NCBI GenBank assembly: GCA_045597125.1
Contig: JAZODR010000038.1
Coordinates: forward strand, 24,096 to 88,095
Source of the DNA: Eubacteriales bacterium
Lineage (GTDB): Bacteria > Bacillota > Clostridia > Oscillospirales > SIG627
Direction of reading: 5' to 3'
Length of the DNA stretch: 64,000 nt
In this document: one piece after another, positions 42,071 to 50,061 of the stretch
How the letters are laid out: every line of letters begins with the position of its first letter
Position numbering within the stretch: the first letter of the stretch is position 1
Position numbers and translations under genes: made by a program
Notes under the pieces: generated by a model
Databases searched by the model: none
Told to the model about the DNA's origin: nothing
Seen by the model: the letters and a program-made list of their open reading frames with translations, nothing else

Positions 42071-42099
42071 GTAATTTTTAGATTCAATTAGGAGGCATT

Positions 42100-43179
42100 A
42101 TGAATCAGATCAAGGTTGGTATTATTGGTGCTACCGGTATGGTAGGGCAGAGATTTATTACGCTTTTGGAGAACCACCCCTATTTTAAGATTGAGGCGCT
42201 TTACGCCAGCGCCAGAAGTGCAGGAAAATCTTACGGCGAAAGCGTTGATGGAAGATGGAAGATGTCGGCTCCTCTTTCTGCCGAGATTGCCGCTATGCCC
42301 GTTTATGATGCTGCAGATATTGATGCCATCGCCAAAACGGTAGATATGGTCTTCTGCGCGGTGAATATGCCCAAGGAAGAAATTCGCATTTACGAGGAAG
42401 CTCTTGCCAAGGCGGAGATTCCCGTTGTTTCTAATAATAGTGCCAACCGTATGGTGGCGGATGTTCCCATGATGATTCCTGAGGTGAATCCTCATCACGT
42501 AGAGGTCATCGAACAGCAGAAAAAACGTCTCGGTACCAAGCGTGGATTTGTTGCTGCAAAGCCAAACTGCTCTATTCAGAGCTACGTTCCTCTGATTCAG
42601 CCTTTGATGGAGTTTGAGCCTACCGAGGTTTTCGTTACCACCTATCAGGCGATTTCCGGCGCAGGTAAGACCTTTAAGGAATGGCCCGAAATGCTGGATA
42701 ATATCATTCCTTTTATCGGCGGTGAAGAAGAAAAGAGTGAGAAAGAGCCTTTGAAGATTTGGGGTACAATCGGCGAAAATGGCATTGCGCCTCTTGCCAA
42801 CCTCAAGATTTCCGCTCAGTGTTTGCGCGTTCCTTGCAGTGACGGACATATGGCGGCTACCTTTATCCGCTTCAAGAAGAAGCCCACTCCCGAGCAGATT
42901 CTTGCAAAGTGGAAGGAATACAAGTCTCTTCCTCAGGAATTGGAGCTTCCCTCCGCCCCCAAGCAGTTTATTACTTATTTTGAGGATGAGAGCCATCCTC
43001 AGACGGGTGTGGACCGTATGACCGAAAATGGTATGGGTATCTGCGCGGGCAGACTCCGCGAAGACCCCATCTACGATTATAAATTCGTGGGTCTTTCCCA
43101 TAATACCCTTCGCGGTGCCGCAGGCGGTGCTGTAGAGGTTGCCGAGCTTTTGTTCCGTCTCGGTTATTTTGACAGATGA
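42100..43179 (+). CDS. asd: aspartate-semialdehyde dehydrogenase
   Basis: GATGMVGQ, PEVN, PNCS, QAISGAG and HNTLRGAAG motifs. Confidence 0.97.
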   Translation: MNQIKVGIIGATGMVGQRFITLLENHPYFKIEALYASARSAGKSYGESVDGRWKMSAPLSAEIAAMPVYDAADIDAIAKTVDMVFCAVNMPKEEIRIYEEALAKAEIPVVSNNSANRMVADVPMMIPEVNPHHVEVIEQQKKRLGTKRGFVAAKPNCSIQSYVPLIQPLMEFEPTEVFVTTYQAISGAGKTFKEWPEMLDNIIPFIGGEEEKSEKEPLKIWGTIGENGIAPLANLKISAQCLRVPCSDGHMAATFIRFKKKPTPEQILAKWKEYKSLPQELELPSAPKQFITYFEDESHPQTGVDRMTENGMGICAGRLREDPIYDYKFVGLSHNTLRGAAGGAVEVAELLFRLGYFDR

Positions 43180-44420
43180 ATACCCCGCTGGCAGTAAGGC
43201 TTCGACCACAGACTCTTGATGAGGTTTGCGGACAGAAGCATCTGCTGGGTGAGAAAGGCGCTTTAAGGCGCCTTCTTTCATCGGGGCAGATACGGAATAT
43301 GATCTTTTACGGTCCCTCCGGTGTAGGAAAGACTACCGTTGCTCGCATCGTGGCAAATCAGGCGGGATTACCGTTTCGTCAGCTCAATGCTACCACGGCA
43401 GCCGGCAAGGATATTAAAGAGGTCCTTGCGGAAACGGAAGGCATTGAGGGAATGAATGGAATTCTTCTGTATCTGGATGAGATCCAATACCTCAATAAAA
43501 AACAGCAACAAACTCTTCTCGAGTATATTGAGGATGGCAGAGTGACGCTGATTGCCTCTACCACCGAAAATCCTTACTTTTACGTTTATAAGGCGATTTT
43601 GTCCCGCTGCGCCGTCTTTGAATTCAAACCTCTTTCCATTGAGGAGATTGCTGAAAATCTTCATCGCGGACTTTCTTGTCTTAATGAGGAAAATTCAACG
43701 AGTAAAACTCTTTCCGAAGAGGCATCTCGCTATATTGCCGAGTCGTCCGGTGGGGATGTGCGGGCATCGCTGAATTTTCTGGAGCTTTGTTATTATATCT
43801 CATCCGATGAGATTACTTTGGAGGATGCAAATTCCTGTGCCCAGCGAAACTTGAGTGCCTACGACCGTAGTGGTGATGACAAATATGAGCTCTTGTCTGC
43901 ATTGCAAAAATCCATTCGTGGAAGCGATGAAAATGCCGCGGTGTTTTACCTTGCAAAACTTCTGGAACAAGGCGATATGCAAGGCGCATGCCGTAGGCTT
44001 TTGGTAATAGCATCCGAGGATATAGGTCTTGCGTATTCTCAAGCAGCGGTGGTGGTGAAGGCTTGTGTTGATTCCGCTTTGATGCTGGGGATGCCTGAGG
44101 CCAGAATTCCCTTGGTTCATGCTGTGATTCTTTTGGCAATCAGTCCCAAGTCCAATTCTGCCTATGAAGCTTATGCCAGCGCGGCACAAGATATTGAAAA
44201 GGGGCTTGGCAGAGATATGCCCTCTTGCCTGAAAAACAATCATTTCTTTGGAGTAGGTGACAAGAAGACCCCCTATATTTATCCTCACGATCATGCCAAC
44301 CATTGGATTCGTCAGCAATATCTCCCCGACGATCTGAAAGACAGAGTTTATTACACATTCGGGGATAATAAGACTGAGCAATCAGCCCAAGCCTATTGGG
44401 AAAAGATCAAAAATCAATGA
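43176..44420 (+). CDS. rarA: replication-associated recombination protein A
   Basis: PLAVRLRP, GPSGVGKTT, STTENP, KSIRGSD and SEDIGLA motifs. Confidence 0.95.
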   Translation: MNTPLAVRLRPQTLDEVCGQKHLLGEKGALRRLLSSGQIRNMIFYGPSGVGKTTVARIVANQAGLPFRQLNATTAAGKDIKEVLAETEGIEGMNGILLYLDEIQYLNKKQQQTLLEYIEDGRVTLIASTTENPYFYVYKAILSRCAVFEFKPLSIEEIAENLHRGLSCLNEENSTSKTLSEEASRYIAESSGGDVRASLNFLELCYYISSDEITLEDANSCAQRNLSAYDRSGDDKYELLSALQKSIRGSDENAAVFYLAKLLEQGDMQGACRRLLVIASEDIGLAYSQAAVVVKACVDSALMLGMPEARIPLVHAVILLAISPKSNSAYEAYASAAQDIEKGLGRDMPSCLKNNHFFGVGDKKTPYIYPHDHANHWIRQQYLPDDLKDRVYYTFGDNKTEQSAQAYWEKIKNQ

Positions 44421-44423
44421 TAT

Positions 44424-44461
44424 AAAAGAGCCGTTTATCGCAGGGATAAACGGCTCTTTTT
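44424..44461 (+). terminator. intrinsic terminator
   Basis: AAAAGAGCCGTTTATC/GATAAACGGCTCTTTT. Confidence 0.9.
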
Positions 44462-44617
44462 GTGTGATGAAACATTATAGTTTCGCTTTAAAATTTCCAG
44501 TAAAAAACAATAAAAAAATAATGAAAATCAATTGACAATTTTGTGAAGATGCTTTATAATAACTTTGTCTAATAAGCTGGATTTTTTATTTCAGCAATAA
44601 ATTTTTAGGAGGACAAT

Positions 44618-46867
44618 ATGAAAAAGTTTTTGGTCGTTGTACTGAGCGCACTCCTGATTCTTGCGCTCTTTATTCCCGCAATGGCAGATGATAATCCCGT
44701 CTTGACTACCGTTGCGAACAAGACCACGGTTAAGAGAGGGGAAGAGGTTACCATTTCCGTTGTTCTGGATAAGAATATCACCACTCGAAACGTCGCTTTG
44801 AACTATGTTTTTGATGGTTCCGCTTTTACTTATAAAAATAAGAGTGGAAAATGGGATACTGCGCTTCAGTTGAAAGGAATGAATGAGTGTGATACTTTCG
44901 TTGCAAATGCTAAAGATAATGCAGCTACTTTTGGTTGTGATCCTGCAATTGAGGTTTCTGCCGGTACTATCTTTACGATGACCTTAATTGTAAAGGATGA
45001 CGCACCTTTTGGTACTTACGAGATTAATTTCATTCCCGGCAATCAGTTCACTGCTACTTGTGTAGCAGCAACTGTTACCGTTACCCACGATTGCGTTCCC
45101 GCAACCACCTATACTACTGATGAAACCCATCATTGGAAGGCTTGTACCGTAACCGGTTGTGACAAGGAATTTGAAAAGGATACTCATAAGTTTGAAAATG
45201 CTTGTGATACTACTTGCGATGTCTGCGGTTACACTCGCACGATTACCCATAACTATTCCAAGACAGAAAAAGATGCTTCTCAGCACTGGACCGTATGTTC
45301 CGTATGTAATACTGAAGAACCCGGTTCCAGAGAAAATCATACTCCCAAGGCTGAAGATGTTCTTGAAACTCCCGCAGACTGCGCTAATGCTGCAGTTTAC
45401 AAAAAAGTATGTTCCGTTTGTGAGGCTCAGATTGGTGCCACCTTTCCCGTCGGATCGCCTGATGCATCCCTCCACTCCGGCGGAACTGCAACCTGTAAGG
45501 ACAAAGCTGTATGTCAGCATTGCTCTCAGCCTTACGGTAATTACGATTCTAACAATCATGTTGGTACGAAGAAAGTAGAAAAGAACGATACTCACCATTG
45601 GGAAGTATGCCAGGCTTGCACCGCTGAGGTTGCCGGCACTAAAACCGGCCATAGCGGTGGAACTGCAACCTGTAAGGACAAGGCAGTTTGTACCACCTGT
45701 GGAGAAGCTTACGGCAGCACTGATGCTGATAATCACGTAGGTTCTACCAAGGTAGAAAAGGATGCTACCCAGCACTGGACCGTATGTGAGTCCTGCTCTT
45801 CCGAGATTGCCGGCACCAAAACCGGTCATAGCGGTGGAACTGCAACCTGTAAGGACAAGGCAGTTTGTATCACCTGCGGAGAAGCTTACGGTGATGTTGA
45901 TCTCACCACTCATAAGGGTGGCAAGGCTGATTGTAAGAACAAGGCTGAATGCGATGTTTGTGGCAATCCTTACGGCGAAATTGATTCCGATGTTCATACC
46001 GGCAATGTAAACGTTACTCCCGAAGTTCCTGCAGACTGTAAGAACGGCGGTTGGACGGAAGAAATTGCTTGTGCAGATTGCGGCGTAGTTCTTACTCCTA
46101 AGACTCCTACTGAAAAGAAAGCTCACTACATTGATACCTGGACCGAGGTTAAGCCTGCTACCGAGAGTCAGGAAGGCGAGAAGAAGGGTAAATGTACTGA
46201 GTGCGGTGATGAATTTACCGTAGCAACCGATAAACTTGCTACCTCCGTTAAGGCTGAAAACATCCTGAACAATGACGGCAAGGCTGTTGAAGGCGCAAAG
46301 ATCGAAGCTGTTGGCGATACCAAACTTCCCGAAAACATTGCGGCAGGCATTATTACTGCAACTCCCCAAGAAATCAAGGATTTTGAGGAAGATGCCGAAA
46401 CCAAAGAAATGCTTGCAAAGGTTCCCGAAGCATCCGATAAGAAGATCCTTGGCTTGGTTGTATATGCTATTATGTCCGGTGATACCTATCAGGATGCTGC
46501 TTCCGGCGATTTTATCGTTGATGCTACTGCCAACGAGAAACTTCCCGGCAAGATTAAGGTTACCCTGCCTATTACTGCAGACCTTTCCAACTATGAAAAC
46601 TTGGTTGTATTGACTGAGGGTGCAAATGGTGATTTGGTTAAGCTTGAGGCTACTATCGTAAACGGTACTGTTGTATTTGAAACCGAAAGTAATTTCAATG
46701 GTATTATTTTGATGGGCTCTGAGAAGAAGGCTCCCGCTCCTGTGAATCCCGATGTGCCTCAGAATGGTGATTCCAGCGAAGTAGTCCTCTATGTTTCTTT
46801 GGCTCTCGTATCCCTTCTGACTCTTTCTGCTATGTTTATCTCTAAGAAGTCTAAGGCTTCCAAGTAA
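44618..46867 (+). CDS. secreted, probably sortase-anchored surface protein with cohesin-like domain and Cys/His-rich repeats
   Basis: Signal peptide (..PAMA), beta-rich N-domain, many CxxC and HW motifs, then C-terminal VPQNG + TM + KKSKASK. Own TTGACA-17-TATAAT promoter (44532-44560) and terminator (46883-46912). Confidence 0.85.
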   Translation: MKKFLVVVLSALLILALFIPAMADDNPVLTTVANKTTVKRGEEVTISVVLDKNITTRNVALNYVFDGSAFTYKNKSGKWDTALQLKGMNECDTFVANAKDNAATFGCDPAIEVSAGTIFTMTLIVKDDAPFGTYEINFIPGNQFTATCVAATVTVTHDCVPATTYTTDETHHWKACTVTGCDKEFEKDTHKFENACDTTCDVCGYTRTITHNYSKTEKDASQHWTVCSVCNTEEPGSRENHTPKAEDVLETPADCANAAVYKKVCSVCEAQIGATFPVGSPDASLHSGGTATCKDKAVCQHCSQPYGNYDSNNHVGTKKVEKNDTHHWEVCQACTAEVAGTKTGHSGGTATCKDKAVCTTCGEAYGSTDADNHVGSTKVEKDATQHWTVCESCSSEIAGTKTGHSGGTATCKDKAVCITCGEAYGDVDLTTHKGGKADCKNKAECDVCGNPYGEIDSDVHTGNVNVTPEVPADCKNGGWTEEIACADCGVVLTPKTPTEKKAHYIDTWTEVKPATESQEGEKKGKCTECGDEFTVATDKLATSVKAENILNNDGKAVEGAKIEAVGDTKLPENIAAGIITATPQEIKDFEEDAETKEMLAKVPEASDKKILGLVVYAIMSGDTYQDAASGDFIVDATANEKLPGKIKVTLPITADLSNYENLVVLTEGANGDLVKLEATIVNGTVVFETESNFNGIILMGSEKKAPAPVNPDVPQNGDSSEVVLYVSLALVSLLTLSAMFISKKSKASK
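45470..45895 (+). repeat. 177-bp (59-aa) tandem repeat, three core copies
   Basis: GGAACTGCAACCTGTAAGGACAA (HSGGTATCKDKAVC) recurs with TGCAACC at 45487, 45664 and 45841. Confidence 0.9.
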
Positions 46868-47074
46868 GAATCGATTTTGTTTAAAAGCTCTGACGAAAGT
46901 CAGAGCTTTTTTCTGTATTGTACAAGATGCATAAAATTTCAAGAAAAATTTCTGTTTTATTGACGATTCCAACAAAAGCACTTTGACATTGCAATTATAT
47001 TGTGAATGGTTTATAATATAATTGTTAATAAATATAATGCTCCGGCAAAAGTTGGGGCAAAGGAGGATAGTACT

Positions 47075-49132
47075 ATGGCAAGCTTTGATATGAAACGAAT
47101 TCGCAACCTTGTATTGATGGGCCACTCCGGCTCAGGCAAGACCTCTCTTGCTGAGGCTATGCTTTACCTGACGGGCGGTTCAGACCGTCTTGGAAAGGTT
47201 CCGGATGGAAATACTGCATTCGATTTTGATCCTGAGGCGATTCGTCGCAAAATTTCTATTGCTTCTTCTCAAGCTCCTTTGATCTGGAAGGATACCAAAA
47301 TTAATATCATTGATACCCCCGGTTACCCCGGGTTTACCGGTGAGGTTTGTCAGGCAGTGCGAGTTGCTGACAGCGCTATTATCGTTGTTGATGCGAAGGC
47401 GGGTATTGAAGTTGGCACTGAACTTGCTTGGGACAAGGCTAGTGAAGCTGGTCTTCCCAAGGCAATTTTTATCAATAAGTTTGATGATAATGAAGCGCGT
47501 TTTGCTAAAATTTTAAATGGTCTTCACGAAATGTTCGGCAGATCCATTTGCCCTATTACAATCCCTATGGTTTCGGATGGTGAAGTAAAGGGCGCAATTG
47601 ATCTGATTCAGATGGAGGCGCATAGCTTTGACGATAAGGGTACCCATCACGTCCTTCCCATTCCAGAAGAGAATATGGAAGCAGTTGAGGAATTTCGTGC
47701 AATGCTTCTGGAAGCAGTTGCAGGTACCAGCGAAGAATTGATGAACAAGTTCTTTGCAGAAGAAGAAATTACTCATATGGAGATTTATAATGCCGTTCAC
47801 GAAGGCATTATTCACGGCGAGATCGTTCCTTGCTTCTGTGGTTGTGCTACCAAGCTTTGGGGTGTTTGGACTCTTCTGAACTTTATTGCTCAGTCCTTCC
47901 CCCGTCATAGCGCAAAGGGCTTTGAGCGCGGTGCGAATTCCCAGGAAATTGAAATTAACCCCGACGGTGCTCCCGCCATACTGATCTACAAAACCATTGC
48001 CGATCCTTTCGTAGGTAAGATGAGCTTTTTCAAGGTAATGAATGGTACCGTGAAGGGCGATTTGACTTTGAAGAATGCGCGTACCGGTGACAGTGAAAAA
48101 CTGGGCAAGATTTATGTTGTAAAGGGCAAGACGCAGACAGAGGTCCCGGAGCTTCTTTGCGGTGATATCGGTATGGTATCTAAGCTTTCCTCTGTGGCAA
48201 CCGGAGATACCTTGAGTTGGAACGGTGACGTTTCTTATATCCCATCCCAATATCCATATCCATTCTACGTAAAGGCACTTGCTCCCAAGGCGAAAGGCGA
48301 CGAAGATAAAATCTCTTCTGCCGTTACCAAGCTTCTCGAGGAGGATATGACCCTTCGTTATGAAGTAAACCGTGAAACTGGTCAGATGCTGGTTTCGGGG
48401 CTGGGCGGAACTCACTTGGATATCACCCTTGCTAAGATGAAAGTCCGTTACGGTGTAGAGGTTGTTTTAGGCGAAAAGAAGATTGCATACCGTGAAACCA
48501 TTCGCAAGGCTTGTAAAGTGGAAGGAAAGCATAAAAAGCAGTCCGGCGGCCACGGTCAATACGGACACGTTAAGATCGAGTTCTCCCCGGGAGAAGGCGA
48601 AGGTCTTACCTTTACCGAATCCATTTTCGGCGGCTCTGTACCCAAGAATTTCCATCCTGCAGTTGAAAAGGGCCTGTTGGAATGTATGTCCAAGGGTGTT
48701 TTGGCAGGTTATCCCGTGGTAGGTCTTGCCGCAAACCTGTATGACGGTTCTTATCACGACGTTGACTCTTCCGAGATGGCATTTAAGACTGCGGCAGCCA
48801 TTGCATTTAGAGAAGGTCTACCCCAGTGCGCTCCCGTTCTTTTGGAGCCGGTTGGAAAGCTTAAGGTATTTATCCCCGATACGCAGATGGGCGACGTAAT
48901 CGGCGATCTGAATAAACGTCGCGGAAGAATCATGGGAATGGAGCAGGACGAGAAGAAGCGCGGCTGGAGCATTATTGAGGCTGAGGTTCCCGAAGCTGAA
49001 ATGAACGATTACGTTCACGCCCTTCGAGCAATCTCTCAGGGCAGAGCATCTTTTACCTTCTTCTTTGATCATTATGAAGAAACCCCCGCAGTTGTTGCGG
49101 AAAAGGTGATTGCCGCTGCGAAGGCTGAATAA
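47075..49132 (+). CDS. elongation factor G-like paralog (EF-G2/FusA2 type)
   Basis: GHSGSGKT, DTPGY (not DTPGH), INKFD, KKQSGGHGQYG and GSYHDVDSSEMAF motifs. Not in the str operon. Confidence 0.93.
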   Translation: MASFDMKRIRNLVLMGHSGSGKTSLAEAMLYLTGGSDRLGKVPDGNTAFDFDPEAIRRKISIASSQAPLIWKDTKINIIDTPGYPGFTGEVCQAVRVADSAIIVVDAKAGIEVGTELAWDKASEAGLPKAIFINKFDDNEARFAKILNGLHEMFGRSICPITIPMVSDGEVKGAIDLIQMEAHSFDDKGTHHVLPIPEENMEAVEEFRAMLLEAVAGTSEELMNKFFAEEEITHMEIYNAVHEGIIHGEIVPCFCGCATKLWGVWTLLNFIAQSFPRHSAKGFERGANSQEIEINPDGAPAILIYKTIADPFVGKMSFFKVMNGTVKGDLTLKNARTGDSEKLGKIYVVKGKTQTEVPELLCGDIGMVSKLSSVATGDTLSWNGDVSYIPSQYPYPFYVKALAPKAKGDEDKISSAVTKLLEEDMTLRYEVNRETGQMLVSGLGGTHLDITLAKMKVRYGVEVVLGEKKIAYRETIRKACKVEGKHKKQSGGHGQYGHVKIEFSPGEGEGLTFTESIFGGSVPKNFHPAVEKGLLECMSKGVLAGYPVVGLAANLYDGSYHDVDSSEMAFKTAAAIAFREGLPQCAPVLLEPVGKLKVFIPDTQMGDVIGDLNKRRGRIMGMEQDEKKRGWSIIEAEVPEAEMNDYVHALRAISQGRASFTFFFDHYEETPAVVAEKVIAAAKAE

Positions 49133-49137
49133 AAAAC

Positions 49138-49169
49138 AAAAAGAGTGCAGATTTCTGCACTCTTTTTTT
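49138..49169. terminator. intrinsic terminator (potentially bidirectional)
   Basis: AAAAGAGTGCAGA-TT-TCTGCACTCTTTTTTT. Confidence 0.85.
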
Positions 49170-49363
49170 CTTGCCGCTTCGGTACAGATAGGAGGAGGGG
49201 AGTCCTTGATTTTTTCATTCGGTCTGTATCTCTTGCGGCAGAATTTGAAAAAACACGGGTGAAGCTTTAAAAAAACTATTGCACCCGTTGTCATTTTATG
49301 ATATAATCCTTGCGGTGTCACCCACCGATTAATTTTGAAAAAAAGAAAATAGGAGTTTTTGAG

Positions 49364-50008
49364 ATGATTAAGCTTGCTCCCTCCGTCCTTGCGGCGGATT
49401 TTACTTGCCTTGGAGAGGAAATTAAAAAAGTATATGAAAACGGTGCGGAGTATCTGCATTTGGATGTTATGGATGGTATGTTTGTGCCTAACATTTCTCT
49501 TGGGCCGGGTATGATCGCTTCCATGCGCAAGGTTTGCGATATTGTTTTCGACGTTCATCTGATGATTCAGGATCCTATCCGTTATATTGATGATTTTGCA
49601 AAAGCGGGAGCTGATATCATTACCTTCCATTATGAGGCTTGCGATAACCATAAGGAAGTCATTGATAAGATTCATTCCTACGGAATTCGTGCAGGTATGT
49701 CTGTAAAGCCTTATACTGATGCCAATTTGATGGTGCCTTTCCTGCCCGATTTGGAACTTGCTCTGGTTATGACCGTTCAGCCCGGATTCGGCGGACAGAA
49801 GTTTATGTACGAGGCCATGCCCAATCTGGAGAAACTTAATGCGGCAATCAAAGATCTGGATAAAGATATTGATCTTGAGGTGGACGGCGGTATTAATCTG
49901 CAGAATGCATCTGTGGTAAAAGAGCGAGGCGCAAATGTTTTGGTAGCAGGTTCTGCCGTATTCGGTGCAGATGACGTTGCCGCAACGGTTCGCGAATTTT
50001 TAAAGTAA
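49364..50008 (+). CDS. rpe: ribulose-phosphate 3-epimerase
   Basis: APSVLAADF, HLDVMDG, DVHLM, PGFGGQ and EVDGG motifs. Promoter TTGCAC-17-TATAAT upstream. Confidence 0.97.
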   Translation: MIKLAPSVLAADFTCLGEEIKKVYENGAEYLHLDVMDGMFVPNISLGPGMIASMRKVCDIVFDVHLMIQDPIRYIDDFAKAGADIITFHYEACDNHKEVIDKIHSYGIRAGMSVKPYTDANLMVPFLPDLELALVMTVQPGFGGQKFMYEAMPNLEKLNAAIKDLDKDIDLEVDGGINLQNASVVKERGANVLVAGSAVFGADDVAATVREFLK

Positions 50009-50061
50009 AAAGTCCTTCGGGACTTTTCTCTTTTTGTGGTAGAATATAAAAGTAAGGAATT

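Noticed and set aside
41970-42099. Lysine riboswitch upstream of asd
   Set aside because: The region is too short and lacks the AGAGG..P2/P3 kissing architecture.
45085-46210. Multiheme cytochrome or CRISPR interpretation of the repeats
   Set aside because: There are no CxxCH motifs. The repeats are in-frame coding units without unique spacers, and no cas genes are present.
44984-47125. 713-aa antisense ORF, and similar long antisense ORFs over glyA, rel, asd and the NahK-like gene
   Set aside because: They lie opposite well-supported genes and show no recognisable motifs. They are best explained by scarcity of TTA/CTA/TCA codons on the sense strand.
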